64,000 bases of DNA. Source: Octopus sinensis (lineage: Eukaryota). Below are positions 39,108 to 51,728 of this stretch, piece by piece. Location: positions 35,030,001 to 35,094,000 of the forward strand of contig NC_043004.1 in assembly GCF_006345805.1 (NCBI RefSeq), read 5' to 3'. How positions within the stretch are numbered: position 1 is the first letter of the stretch; each line of letters starts with the position of its first letter. The position numbers and the translations under genes are program-made. The notes under the pieces were generated by a model, which saw only the letters and a program-made list of their open reading frames with translations, was not told the origin of the DNA and did not search any database.

Positions 39108-39944
39108 ATGGAAACACAGCAAGCAGGATCTAAAGAATTCTTTTATTATATTGTTTCTTTTTATTTCAAAATAAACTTGTAAAATGATCCACTACCATCT
39201 TGCAAAACACTTAACATCATAAACTTAAATCAAAACCATAATGGTTCCATGACACATACTCACATGGAAGGTTGGATCAGCACCAAACCAATGACAGGCT
39301 GGGGCCACATATGTAGTGGAAATAAGAGAGTGGAAATTTTTACTTAGAGTTTGGAGTGTATTAGTTGCAATTTGAAGAAGTATATTAATTCAGCCTTCCT
39401 TCATTGTTGCCACTTCTGATGATCAAAGTGATTTATTAAGATTATGAATAATGTTCTGTTTCATTCATAGGGGAATCCCTCTGGAAGGAGCCAGAATTGC
39501 AATAGAAAATGTTGATTCATGTCCATAATTGCTTTTAATGAACGCATATTGTGCCTTAGAACAATATGCATTCATTGTTCTCCATCACATCACACCCACG
39601 GATTCTCACGTAATTTTAAGTAAGAACCTTATTAAAATTTACACAACTAGGGAAGAATGACTTGCAAATAGCTTCCCCACATGAAAGATGAAAGATTGCC
39701 CTATGGAGAGTAATATTCCTTCTTGTGATTTGAATGGAGCAAGCCTTAGGAAGGAGGGTTAATGTGCAAATCAGTTAAACCTCACTGTTCCGGCACTTGG
39801 TTGCTTTTCATGGAATCTGTACTGCTTTAAGCATTTAGACCAGGTTTCTCTTCCAAGGATTACTCCCTCCAACATGTTCTGGAAGCACTGAATAAGCATC
39901 TGTGTGTTGCTCTTTCTCCAGTGAAAATAATTTGATGCCTTGAC

Positions 39945-40188
39945 TGGCTTCCATGCTGGTGGCACGTAAAAAGCACCAACCGATCGTGGCCATTGCCAGC
40001 CTCGCCTGGCACCTGTGCCGGTGGCACGTAATAAGCACCCACTACACTCACGGAGTGGTTGGCATTAGGAAGGGCATCCAGCTGTAGAAACACTGCCAGA
40101 TCAGACTGGAGCCTGGTGCAGCCTCCTGGCTTCCCAGACCCTGGTAGAACCGTTCAACCCATGCTAGCATGAAAAACGGATGTTAAAC

Positions 40189-40217
<29 letters not shown>
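39945..40217 (+). mobile_element. RTE LINE 3'UTR fragment
   Basis: Same terminal UTR with a long (GAT)n tail. Confidence 0.8.
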
Positions 40218-40220
<3 letters not shown>

Positions 40221-40802
40221 CACTTGAAAATTCAGTGAATCTAGTCTAAGAAAAACGTGTCACCAAATAAACCCTGTACTATGCTGCAGCATGGGTAGAG
40301 CTATGATGAAGTTGCCCTTTGGTGCAAAATTCCAAAAGAAACCATTGTCCATATATTAAACTCACTCTGAAAATTCTGAAGCAGATAAAGAATAAGTGTT
40401 GTGAGACAAGATCTATTTAGCTTAGAGCCAGCTTCTTAATTCTACTTCAATAAATGTAGATCTTCTTTTAGAATATCCAAATGGCTGCCCGCAATCTGAA
40501 TACAATGACAAAGTTTCATAAAACATTTTCCTGGCTACTTTTACACTGAAAAATGAAGAATCAACTTAAAAGAGAACAAAGCAAACTTTACAAAAAGTAT
40601 GACAAAATATTTATTATCTGTGTTATTGAGAGAAATTACCTAGAGATTTATATTTACACTGTACCATGGTTGATGAAATTTTAATGAATAAATTATTCTT
40701 CCATTTTCAATTTTATATAAGCTTATGTAAAACATTTATTTCATTCATTTTTGACATTTGCTGAAGGAATAATGAATAACAAAGATTGCAAGCATGGAGA
40801 GA

Positions 40803-41868
40803 ATCATCATCATCATCATTATCATCATTTAGCGTCCGCTTTCCATGCTAGCATGGGTTGGACGGTTCAACTGGGGTCTGTGAAGCCAGAAGGCTGCATC
40901 AGGCCCAGTCTGATCTGGCAGTGTTTCTATGGCTGGATGCCCTTCCTAACGCCAACCACTCCGTGAGTGTAGTGGTTGCTTTTTACGTGCCACCCGCACA
41001 GGTGCCAGACGGAGCTGGCAAACGGCCACGGACGGATGGTGCTTTTTACGTGCCACCGGCATGGGGGCCAGTCGAGGCTGGCAACGGCCACAAACAGATG
41101 ATGCTTTTTACGTGCCACCGGCACGGAGGCCAGTCGGGGCAGTGCTGGCAACAGCCATGATCGGATGGTTCGCTTACTTGTCACCGGCACTGGTATCACA
41201 GCTGCAATTTCCATTGATGTTGTTCGACTTCGATTTTGGTTTTGCTTTCTTATATCTGATTTGATTTGGTTTGATTTTGATTTTGATTTTGATTTTCACT
41301 TGCCTCAATAGGTCTTCACAAGTGGAGTTCTGTGTCCCAAGAAGGAAAGGTATGTATAAGTCGACTGGCTACATACCAGGTAGAGGCCACGGGTTATGGT
41401 CTCACTAGTCTTGCCGGGTCTTCTCACGTACAGCATACTTCCATAGGTCTCGGTCTCTAGTCATTTCCTTGGTGAGACCTAAAGTTCGGAGGTCATGCTT
41501 CACCACCTCGTCCCAGGTTTTCCTGGGTCTACCTCTTCCACAGGTTCCCTCAACTGCTAGGGTGTGGCACTTTTGCACCCAACTATCTTCAGCCATTCTC
41601 GTCACATGACCATACCAGCGCAAATGTCTCTCTTGCACACCACAACTGATGCTTCTTAGGTTCAACTTTTCTCTCAAGGTACTTACACTCTGTCGATTAT
41701 GAACACTGACATTACACATCCATCGGAGCATACTGGCTTCATTTCTTGCGAGTTTATGCATATCCTCAGCAGTCACAGCCCATGTTTCACTACCATGTAG
41801 CATGGCTGTATGCACACATGCATCATACAGTCTGCCTTTTACTCTGAGCGAGAGGCCTTTTGTCACCA
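40803..41868 (-). mobile_element. 5'-truncated RTE-clade LINE: ORF2 C-terminus, ~600-nt 3'UTR and (GAT)n tail
   Basis: Open frame GLSLRVKGRLYDACVHTAMLHGSETWAV..LRWMCNVS..LRWYGHVTRM..GRGRPRKTWDEVVKHDL..RDRDLWK, stop at 41405. The UTR continues into the repeat family seen at about 11 other loci. Confidence 0.92.
41405..41868 (-). pseudogene. RTE ORF2 C-terminal region, uninterrupted but 5'-truncated
   Basis: About 154 codons of typical RTE post-RT sequence. The N-terminal part of the listed 185-aa ORF is flanking DNA. Confidence 0.85.
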
Positions 41869-42518
41869 GAATAACAAATGAAAATTGTTCCTGGTTCATA
41901 TAAGTCTCTATGATTCGAAGGAAAACTACATTGTGGGTAAAACCAGTGATACAATAGCACAAAGAGTTTCAAATGAAAAGACAGATGTTGTTTGTCCCCC
42001 AAAATGCATAATACCACAAGAAAGCCTCTTGGTAAATCTTATTGTTGTAATAAAGGAAGTTCCAAATATGTCTTAATCTGTTTAAAAGGAGCATGTATCA
42101 CCAAAAGCCATAACTATGTGGTACTGAATGAAGAAAGGGTATAATAGTTTTTCTGGTTTAACAACATATAACACTTTCTCCACTTAAATTGTTAAAACCC
42201 ATATGTATATAGTACTACACACATCATATAGCCTTTATCATAACTTATCAAATACATTTAATAGATTATTTCATGTTTGTGTGTACAAGCGTTATGTATA
42301 TTAATTATCATTATTTATCATGTAGATTTAATAAAATGTTATTACTTGTGCATATATACACACATTGCATATTCTTTACCATAATTTATCAAATAAATCT
42401 GATAGGTTGTTATTATCTGTTATATACTCACACCTTACTTATATCCTTTATCATTGTTTATCATGTGCATTTAATAAATTGCTACTACATTCGTGCATGT
42501 ATGTGTGTGTCTGTGTGC

Positions 42519-42549
<31 letters not shown>

Positions 42550-42597
42550 AATAGAAAGTTCTTGGCACAGTATTATATATTTGAAAATTAAAAAATG

Positions 42598-42770
42598 AAT
42601 AGTAATGGATTTTCTAATAATGTTTTTCCCCTTAAATAATTAGATGTTTATAAATTGTGACTCTGCTTTTAAGTGAGAAACTCACTACAGAGTCACAATT
42701 TGTAAATACCTAATAATTTATAAACATCTAATTATTTAAGGGAAAAGAATTATCAGAAAATCCATTCCTA
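42598..42770. mobile_element. MITE-like element with ~55-bp TIRs and a nested internal hairpin
   Basis: AATGGATTTTCT.ATAAT..TTCCCCTTAAATAATTAGATGTTTATAAATT and its reverse complement; inner AAATTGTGACTCTG/CAGAGTCACAATTT and AGTGAG/CTCACT. Confidence 0.75.
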
Positions 42771-42793
42771 TACACTTTTTCAAACACACACAG

Positions 42794-42849
<56 letters not shown>

Positions 42850-45152
42850 GTATGTATGTATATACATACATTATATATATTCATTATAATTATAATTTGT
42901 TGAGTTCATTAAATTATTAAATCTATTCGTTTATTGTTAGTTTAAGCCGTTACAATGTCAGACATTTAGCTTTCAAGATCCCATTCATTGCTAATTATAC
43001 AACTGATATTGTGTGACTAAAGGAAGAATTATAATTTGATCTAAATGTAATTTATGGATTTAAATATTTACAAATTCTCATTGATTTCTAAATTGGTAAA
43101 CATTCAAGATTTTTTATAACAGAACTTGGTTGCAAATATAGGTGCATCAGTGCTAATATTTGAGGTTTCATCTATTCTGCAATTTCTTTGAACCTCATCT
43201 AGCTTAGATGTCACTCAGACTGGCTGTACAGCAAGAATAACTGGTACACTTTGATATTTATTGTAACCACAAGAAGCCAGACCTCTTTTTGAAACTTTGG
43301 TTTCTCTCTTTAACATTTCCTTGAGCACAATTTGGATTGATCTCTAAAAGTTCTATGAGTTCTGCTAATGATTCAAACTTTGAAATATGTGGATGACAAT
43401 ACAGATAAACCATAGTAGATTCAGAAAGTCAAGTTGGTAGAGGAGAGTGGAACTGGTAGAAGACTAAGAAAAGGAGAAGAAATTTTAATAATTACAAGAG
43501 CAATCTTTTGTAGAAGCTGTACAATGGTTGTATAGCATACAGAGCACCTGGCTGAATGGTGCTCCATTGTGAAATAGTTTTACTTTCACTTTCAACAAAT
43601 AACTTTATATGGATGGAAAGAATTCCATCATACTTTCTGTACTACAAATTCTTTATAGGATCAGTGGGTGGTGGAGTACAGTTTGGAGGAATCCCAAGCT
43701 TATTATTTCAGAACTGTTTTAACTTGGCAGATATGGAAAAGTCTTTTTCCTAATAGAATAAATAAATTATGGTTCGCCAAAAACTGAGAAGAGATAATTC
43801 ATAGCAGCAGAAGTGTTTGCATCATGGCAAGGATACATGAATGGAAATCAAGGAACTCTGGTGATTATGGTAAATTAAATGTAAATAAGAATTATCAGAA
43901 TGAGAAGGTCTTTTAAAATCGGCAAACAAGTATTTAGACAATTTCTATAATGGTCTCTGTTTATAAAAGATGACTGACCTAATAACCCCACCACAGCTCA
44001 GGCACTCCTGATCCACTCATTTTGCAACCTCTTGTCATTCTTGGTACATCAAAACCCCTTCACCTCACACTAACCATTTTACCAGTTCCCTTTTGTAATT
44101 CTATTCATGCTCATGCCTTTCTTGCAGGTATTCAGCTACAACAGTTCAAAAGTAACATTACTTTCATGAACCTCATCAGTGTTGAAGAACCTTCAAAAGT
44201 CATGGATGCTGTAACTTAGTGGTTCAGCAAAAAGAAACCGATAAAATAAAAGGTATAAAAGATAAGCACTGGGTGTAAAATTATTCAACTAAACCCTACA
44301 GTGCAGTGGTGCCCCAGCATGACCACTGTCTGATGAAGTCGAAAACAAATGATAAAAGATCATCATCATTGTCATCGTCGTCATCATCATTGTCATCATC
44401 ATCATCATCTTTTTACATCCATCTTCCATGCTGGCACTGGTAGACTAGTTTGATGGGATCTCTTAGATCTGAGAATGTCATTGAGTTTCAACGTCGGCTT
44501 TGGCATGATTTTCTGCAGCTGTGTACCCTTCCTAATGCTAACCCCCTTTTGTAGAAAGTACTGAGCATTCTTTCTTGTAGTGCCAGCCTTGGTAACATCA
44601 TTCTTGTGGTTCATTGCAGTTCATTCTTGCAACCAATAATCCTCAATAATTCTTTACTTTTTAATATTTAAAAACAAAAAGAAATTCCAAAAATTTCGTA
44701 AAATTTACATTTGATGAAATATTTCTTTGTTATTGCTTGCAGTAAATGTTGCGTTGTGGCCCTTATGCCTATCCATGGTTTTCTGTATAGCATATTTATG
44801 AACATTTTACATTCCATCAAACATTTCTAAAATAAAAGGTTTTTGTTTTTACAACCCTTTGAGAAGTATACTGTGAGAAATTGAGATATTGGATTGGCAC
44901 TGCTATAGCAGAAGATAAGAAGATTATTTCTAATAAAAATATGGTTCTAAGATTAAATACGGTGTCTCAAGTATCGTACACTTTATATAAATTACGTACA
45001 ATTTTCTTTGAAACATTAATGATCAAAGAAATTCTTCAGAGGATTATATAAAAAATGGTTGGGTGGGGGAGCTGGTTACTGTTTTAAATCAGAAAGAAAA
45101 GTGAAACAGTCATCTAGTCACAAAGGAACACAGTATAGATTGTTAAAATAAT

Positions 45153-45194
<42 letters not shown>

Positions 45195-46499
45195 GCGTGC
45201 GTGTACAAGTTTATGAAGGTGTTCGGTGCAAGTAGGAAGTTTACAAATTAGAAATAATACAGTCCAGAAAAGTGAAAGAACAAACTTATATGACGAAGTC
45301 TAACAATCCGCTCTTCAAAATACTAATCTTCTAAGAATCTGTTTAAAGAAAAGATATTTTTCCAAGATAAGATATCTTTTATTTAAACAGAAGTCTGTAA
45401 GTGTATTAAAAATTTCTTAAAACAATAAGTGTGTGTATGTGTGAGTGTGTGTGAGTGTGTATGTGTGTGTGTGGTGGGGTTTGATTTTGAACTTGTTTAC
45501 CTTCACAAATGAAGATTTGTTTCGTTACCTGAAATCCGATAAGTTTATAAATAACTATTTCTACTAATTTTGAAGCACATCGGTAATGAATTACAAATTG
45601 GCAAGACATTTGGAAATGTTATGAGGTTTAAATGTTATATAATATTTCATTGAGAAATTTGATTGACTGCGTGACAGTCGCTTGATCTGCATCCAATAAA
45701 TTGAATTCTGAAGAGAGAATCTTAGAAACCGACACCTCAAACAGAACATTTGAAATCAATAAAATTAAGGTCAGAATTGTGTTTAATATTTTGGCAGAAT
45801 AGAAAGCTAGGTTATACGGAAAATATTTTTTAACTTTGAATGTCTGTTCACATTTTCATGGTATTTTGATTCTGTTTATTATTAATCAAACAAGTAGATA
45901 CTAATGGTTTAGCTACCACAAATATCTTATAATATATATTATTGATAGAGTCTCATGTTAAAGTGCTTATCTAAATCCAATCCAATAAGAAATCTATGCC
46001 AATGTTAAGAAATATTTATGTCTACTTTGATTTATGGCTTGCAAGACGAAGAAGTCAAAATGTCTACTCAGTTATGAATAAATTTGAATAAATTATTTGA
46101 GAAACTCACTCATCTTTGGTAAGCAACCTCATGGGACATTTACAAAATTCAGTGTTTTACAAGTTTTCAGAAAATCAAAAATACATTATATACCATTATC
46201 ATAATCAAAGGTTAGAATCTAAAGTTAAGTGTCAGGAGGAAATATCTTCAATTTGATCAAAGCAATAAACTTTTATGCTTTAGGAATTCTTGTGAAAACT
46301 ATCAGTTATAAATTGGTATGAATATAAGTTAACATGTCAACTGGAACTAAATAGACTGGATGGTAAGTGATGAGAGTTTGAGATGTGCACAGACTGCTTT
46401 GTTTAACATACTGGAGTAATTCTCCCCCACCCCCCTCTCAGGCTGCATTTTTCATTGAAGTACAGCACAGTCGAAGCCATAGTCTTAAATGATTGCAAA

Positions 46500-46865
46500 C
46501 AGATGAGTGTGATGGTTTGTTTAACTTCCTGAACGTCACCACCAAATGGGGCTGTAATTGGTCAGCCAGTTTTGAAATGCATAATATCACATGAATCATA
46601 CTAACATTCTTTTGTGTCTGGGGAGGGTCATTTTCTTTTTGTGCCTTATAATCTAACACACTCACCGGTAAAATTTCCACTTCTTTCTTATTCTTATTTT
46701 CCTAAAATTTTCATTGCGTCTTGTAAAAGGCACAAAAAGAAAATGACTCTCCCCAGACACAACAGAATATGCTTCAACACACGAACTCATTAAAGAATCT
46801 TGCAAACCAAATCCAAAAACGAAACATATTAACATTGTTAACATTCATTTTGAAAGAAGTGTATA

Positions 46866-46930
<65 letters not shown>

Positions 46931-47175
46931 TCCTCTCTCTCTCTCTCAAGTAAGGCAGAAAATTTATCTTTACTTTTTTTCACTTCTGTCCTGTAACCAT
47001 ATCATTACAGGACTGTTTTTTCACTTAGAAGAATTCCACAGATGTATGTGATGCTTTGTTTAACTTCCTGAACGTCACCACTAAATGGGGCTGTAATTGG
47101 TCAGCCAGTTTTGCAATGCATAATATCACATGAATCATACTAACATTGTTAACATTCATTTTGAAAGAAGTGTAT

Positions 47176-47210
<35 letters not shown>

Positions 47211-47300
47211 AAGGCAGAAAATTCATCTTTTCTTTTTTTCACTTCTGTCCTGTAACCATATCATTATAGGACTATTTTTTCCCTTAGAAGAATTCCACAG
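46500..47300. repeat. Tandem duplication (46500-47041 and 47039-47300); the first copy carries a fold-back insertion at 46607-46828
   Basis: Both copies run CAGATG..TTAACTTCCTGAACGTCACC..TAACATT..GTATAGC(TC)n..GAATTCCACAG. The insertion has 41-bp inverted arms (39/41 identical). Confidence 0.9.
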
Positions 47301-48344
47301 GCTTTTAACAGCCAGATTCATTATAACAGATGTTTTAAATAACTAGCATTTCTCACTTGCATTGTTTTTTGTTTTATTCAACAAGGCCTTTCTTCATTTC
47401 AAAGAATGAAGAAACCAAGGTTGTATTATTGGCAGTAATGTGATAGAAATAACCTTAATGATCAAGCTTTAGGTATCATACTACTATTTAAACACTAATG
47501 ATAAACTGTAATTTTTTTCTAAAGTTAATTATACATTAAAATAATTCACAGAGTTCTTGGTGACAGGATTACACCAGACATGCAGCTTAAACAAACTTCA
47601 TATTTTACTTTACATACTGTGTTCAAGTTTTCTGAATTGTTAAAATATAAACATTAGTTATATACTGAAGTTGTTGATGTAATTGTTTATATCACCAGCA
47701 AAAAACACTTGTTATAAAGAAATAAAAATTGATCAAAAGCTATGCTATAACTCTTTGGAGAATAACATACTTAGAAACAGCATCTGCATGAAAAAACAAT
47801 AATTAACTTAGTGTTAACATATTTAATGTGCAGAGAAATGAAAAGCTAACTAGAAATAATTATGCGCCAAAGATAAAACAATATTAGTCAGTAACTAATA
47901 TTACTTTAATTATTTCTGCTGGTTGGCATAGAAAAATAGAATTGTTTAGAGTGTAGATAAATTGCCTCACACATTAAATATGTTATCATTAACTTAATTA
48001 TTGCTTTTTCATGTGGATCGTATCTCAAACTTCTTTAGTCTGTGCTGCAAATTTATTTTCCTATACCACCCAACCAGTTTATTGTAACATAGATTTACTT
48101 AATGATTCTCTCATCAATACTTTGAAGCTTATACTGAAGAGATCATGATAATATTAAAACATATCTGGGATTTTCTCCCACATTTACAGAAATAATCAAA
48201 ATGATATCGGTCACTGCCTTATATTGTTGTTCCCTCACCAACATAATCATTTAAATTTTACTCTCTACTGCCCTCACACCTCTCCTTCTCTATGACTGAG
48301 ATATTGGATTCATGTATTTTACTTTCAAGTATTCCATTTGCTTT

Positions 48345-48610
48345 CATCATCATCACCATCATCATCATCGTTTAATGTCCGCTTTCCATGCTAGCATGGG
48401 TTGGACGATTTTAACTGAGAGCTGGTGAACCAGACAGCCACACCAGGCTCCAATCTTGATCTGGCAGAGTTTCTACAGCTGGATGCCCTTCCTAACGCCA
48501 CCACTCTGAGAGTGTAGTGGGTGCTTTTTACGTGCCAGTCAGGCGGTACTGGCAATGACCTCGCTCGAATATTTTTACACATGCCACCGGCACAGGTGCC
48601 AGTAAGGCGA
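48345..48610 (-). mobile_element. RTE LINE 3'UTR fragment
   Basis: Same family, same subfamily as 10640-11010 and 51687-52272. Confidence 0.8.
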
Positions 48611-48869
48611 CGGGGAATTAAAACTCACAAGCACCATATTCCCAAGTAGGTCCAGTATCATTCTTCTTCCTTCTTAGAATAAACTCAGATTCTCCTAACA
48701 TGATCATCCAGAGCAGCAGACAGATTTCACTTTCAGTTTTATCACAGTGTCTTGTATTAGTTGGCTGATGTACGTAAAATGAAATCTTCCTCTCTCAATT
48801 ATTTATCATGAGTTGGCTTCCTTACCAACAACTGGTGTGTGTCTTACTTCATCTTTGCTTATTCAACAG

Positions 48870-49060
48870 TGATCAAGAAACATCAATCTTTATTGACACA
48901 ATCTGTTTGTTTTTCAAGTAAATTGTCATAAAGTCCAGCATTGAGCAGCTGCAATATCCTCTTTAAGCAATAACCATTGACCTTCTTTGGTTAAATCCAA
49001 TAACATCTGAATATCATCAGCAAAATTTGATTTGCTGTTATGTAAGATGATGTCAGGTCA
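48870..49060 (-). mobile_element. Degenerate CR1/L2-like RT fragment (tentative)
   Basis: NFADDIQMLL..LLKEDI..QCW resembles FADD..LQ.DL..W. Confidence 0.4.
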
Positions 49061-50999
49061 CACTTGAGCACTAATCGTAACATGTTACCCAGCACAACCC
49101 ATCACATGGTTGGGTCTTCAGCGACTAAACTGGCAACCCCATCAAGATGGATGAGGAAGGTGATTGTTATACACCCTACGGAATAAAAAATAAGACCCAT
49201 CAAAGGGAGGATGTACTACTGTGTAGTTAATGGCCAATTCAACAAGTACCTTGCCATGGTGAAGTGCCTGTGTGCTCCATTGACCCAGGGAGCTATGCTG
49301 CTGGGAGAGAAATCTTCAGGTAGGTCTTACCAGGCCAGGCAGGTCAAAGGGTAGGAGACAGACAAAACCTTAACGACAATAAATCAAAGTGTCAATAGCA
49401 GGGCATAGATTTAGCTATCGGCAGGATCTAACAGATCAGATTCCTGACTTTGAACTAACAGGATGTCATGTGGAGGATCTTGAATACAAGACAATGGATG
49501 AGACCCTAATATTCCTAGTTAGATGGAAACTGTGACTCCTATAGAATGCACAACTGGAACCCCCATAAGGGGTGTCCTATGGAATGACCTAGATGAGAGA
49601 GAGAGAGATGAGATAGATGGTGTCTTATTTCTTTTGAGAAGTGAGAATCTGGTCAATAGTCAAAGTATAATCTGGTACTACTACAAAAAGGTAGGGTGCT
49701 AAAATGTATCTTCAGAGTTCTCCTTCAAGAATTCTAAAAAAGTTTGTGATCTTTATCAAGTGAGAGTACATCGGTCATTGATGGTATTTACAGTTTTCTC
49801 TGGAACACCATGCCCTAAAGACTATCATGCTAGGTTAGCAAAATCCAGATTTATATCAGTCATCACTTGGAAGAATAGGAATTGAGTCTCCCAATGAAGA
49901 ATTGGGCTGGGGTCAAAGAGTAATATAATCAATTGAAATAACAAGAACCACATGCTTAAATGCAGACCCTCATTTCAAATATTGGTTTTGAATTTTGGCA
50001 CAAGACAAGCGATTTCTGGGGAGAGGTTAGGTCAATTATACAGACTTCAGTGCTCAGCTGGCACTTATTTTATTGACTCTGAGAAGATGAAAGGCAAAGT
50101 TGACCCCATTGTTGTTTGAACTCAGAACAAAATGTCAGAAGAAATGCTTCTAAGAATCCTGCCCAACACAGTAGCAATTCCATCAGCTCACCGCTTTTAC
50201 AAATACTGAAATTCAGAACTCAACCCTGAACTTGGATTCTCAAATGGGTGGAATCACAAAATCTTTTGAATGGTTTGAGCTAAGTGTGGTGTACTTACAA
50301 GAACAGAGAATATGCCACAATAAAAGAAAAATCAATATACAACATTTATTAAATATCAAAGAATATGCAAAAATAAGGTCCATAACAACTGAATTCCAAT
50401 AACAGGGTCTGCTAGAAAAAGCTGCAAACAGCTCAAAAGTCAACTGTGTGAATTTTCTGCAGAGTCCAAAATCATATAAAACTTTATTAAATGTTGAAAC
50501 TATTAGAATAAAAATAATGACTGCTGCTTACAATGGTAATCAATGGTTATTTTACCTACTGCCCAAACAATATTGAGATGAGGTGAAACAACTGTAACAG
50601 AACTGAAAAAATGCCTTCTGAGATATAACTTGCTTGTCATTAGAAGAAACATAAATAAAATTTCACTTAAGACCAATTCTCAGAAATAACCAGAACACAT
50701 TCTAACTGAACCATTCCACAACAACACATATATTTCCTTTATAAAGCTTGTACGAGATTAGAATCTGGAAGCAAAACTAACATTTTTGCATTTCAAGAAA
50801 AGCCTTCAACATGATTGATTAGGAAAAACTAATTGTAAATTTTATAAAACAGTTGGAGCTATTTTTGGATATTTAGATTCAAGAAACCAACAATAAATAT
50901 TTATAAAGTTGAAAAAATTTTAATGCAGAATGATGTGAAAGAATGTTAAAGTATTTAAAGTCTTTAGGGAAGCAATAAATATAATTTAATATTACAACA

Positions 51000-51370
51000 G
51001 GTACTAAGATGGCAAGTTGGCAGAATTGAGTCCCACTTCCACCAAAGTCGACTTTGCCTTTCGTCCTTTTTTTGGGCGAATAAAAAAAAAGTACCAGTGG
51101 AACACTGGGGTCAATGTAATCAACTTTACCGCTTCCCCCCAAATTTGCTGGCCTTGTGTCAATATTTGAAATCAATATTAAAACAGGTATTTAAGGTGGT
51201 GAGCTGGGGAAAATGCTCAGCAGCAACTTGTCCATGTTCATGTTTTGAGTTCAAATTCCACTAAGGTTAACTTTGCTTTTCATCCTTTTGGGGTTGATGA
51301 AATAAATACTGGGGGGGTCAATGTAATCTTCCTTCATCCCTGAAATTGCTGGCCTTGTGCCAAAATTTGA
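51000..51370 (+). mobile_element. Two adjacent degenerate copies of the third SINE family
   Basis: ACTTTGC.TTTC.TCCTTTT and GGGGTCAATGTAATC..GCTGGCCTTGTG.CAA.ATTTGAA each occur twice. Confidence 0.7.
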
Positions 51371-51686
51371 AGCTGATATTAAAACAGGTATTTACCCCCC
51401 CCTCCCCCCATCCCAACCCTACCCCACAAAAAACAAAAAACAAATAATAATAAATGAAAAATAAAACACGTTAGAGTGATTAGAATTGTATAAAATAAAT
51501 GTTACAGGTTGTAGCGATAACTGCAAACAAGTCAGAGGAAAGCTTAAAATATTAATAATAACAGATCATTGAAGTCATTAGCAATGAGAGAAAATTAAAG
51601 AGATTTTGAGGTAGGAGAGGAAAATTGACAGAAATAATGCCTTGTTTGGGAGGATGAATTGAAATCCTGAAAGATGCTACTTCTAT

Positions 51687-51691
51687 CATCC

Positions 51692-51728
<37 letters not shown>

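Noticed and set aside
41885-42076. 63-aa ORF with a YIVGKT motif suggestive of GIY-YIG or C2
   Set aside because: Motif order and spacing fit neither domain.
43255-43415. Short minus-strand ORF MVYLYCHPHISKFESLAELIELLEINP..KKRSGFLWLQ
   Set aside because: About 51 aa, with no signal peptide or recognisable family; plausible by chance.
44140-44190. Minus-strand CTGATGA..GAAA with a possible stem III
   Set aside because: Stem II cannot form (no G10.1-C11.1 pair) and stem I is out of register.
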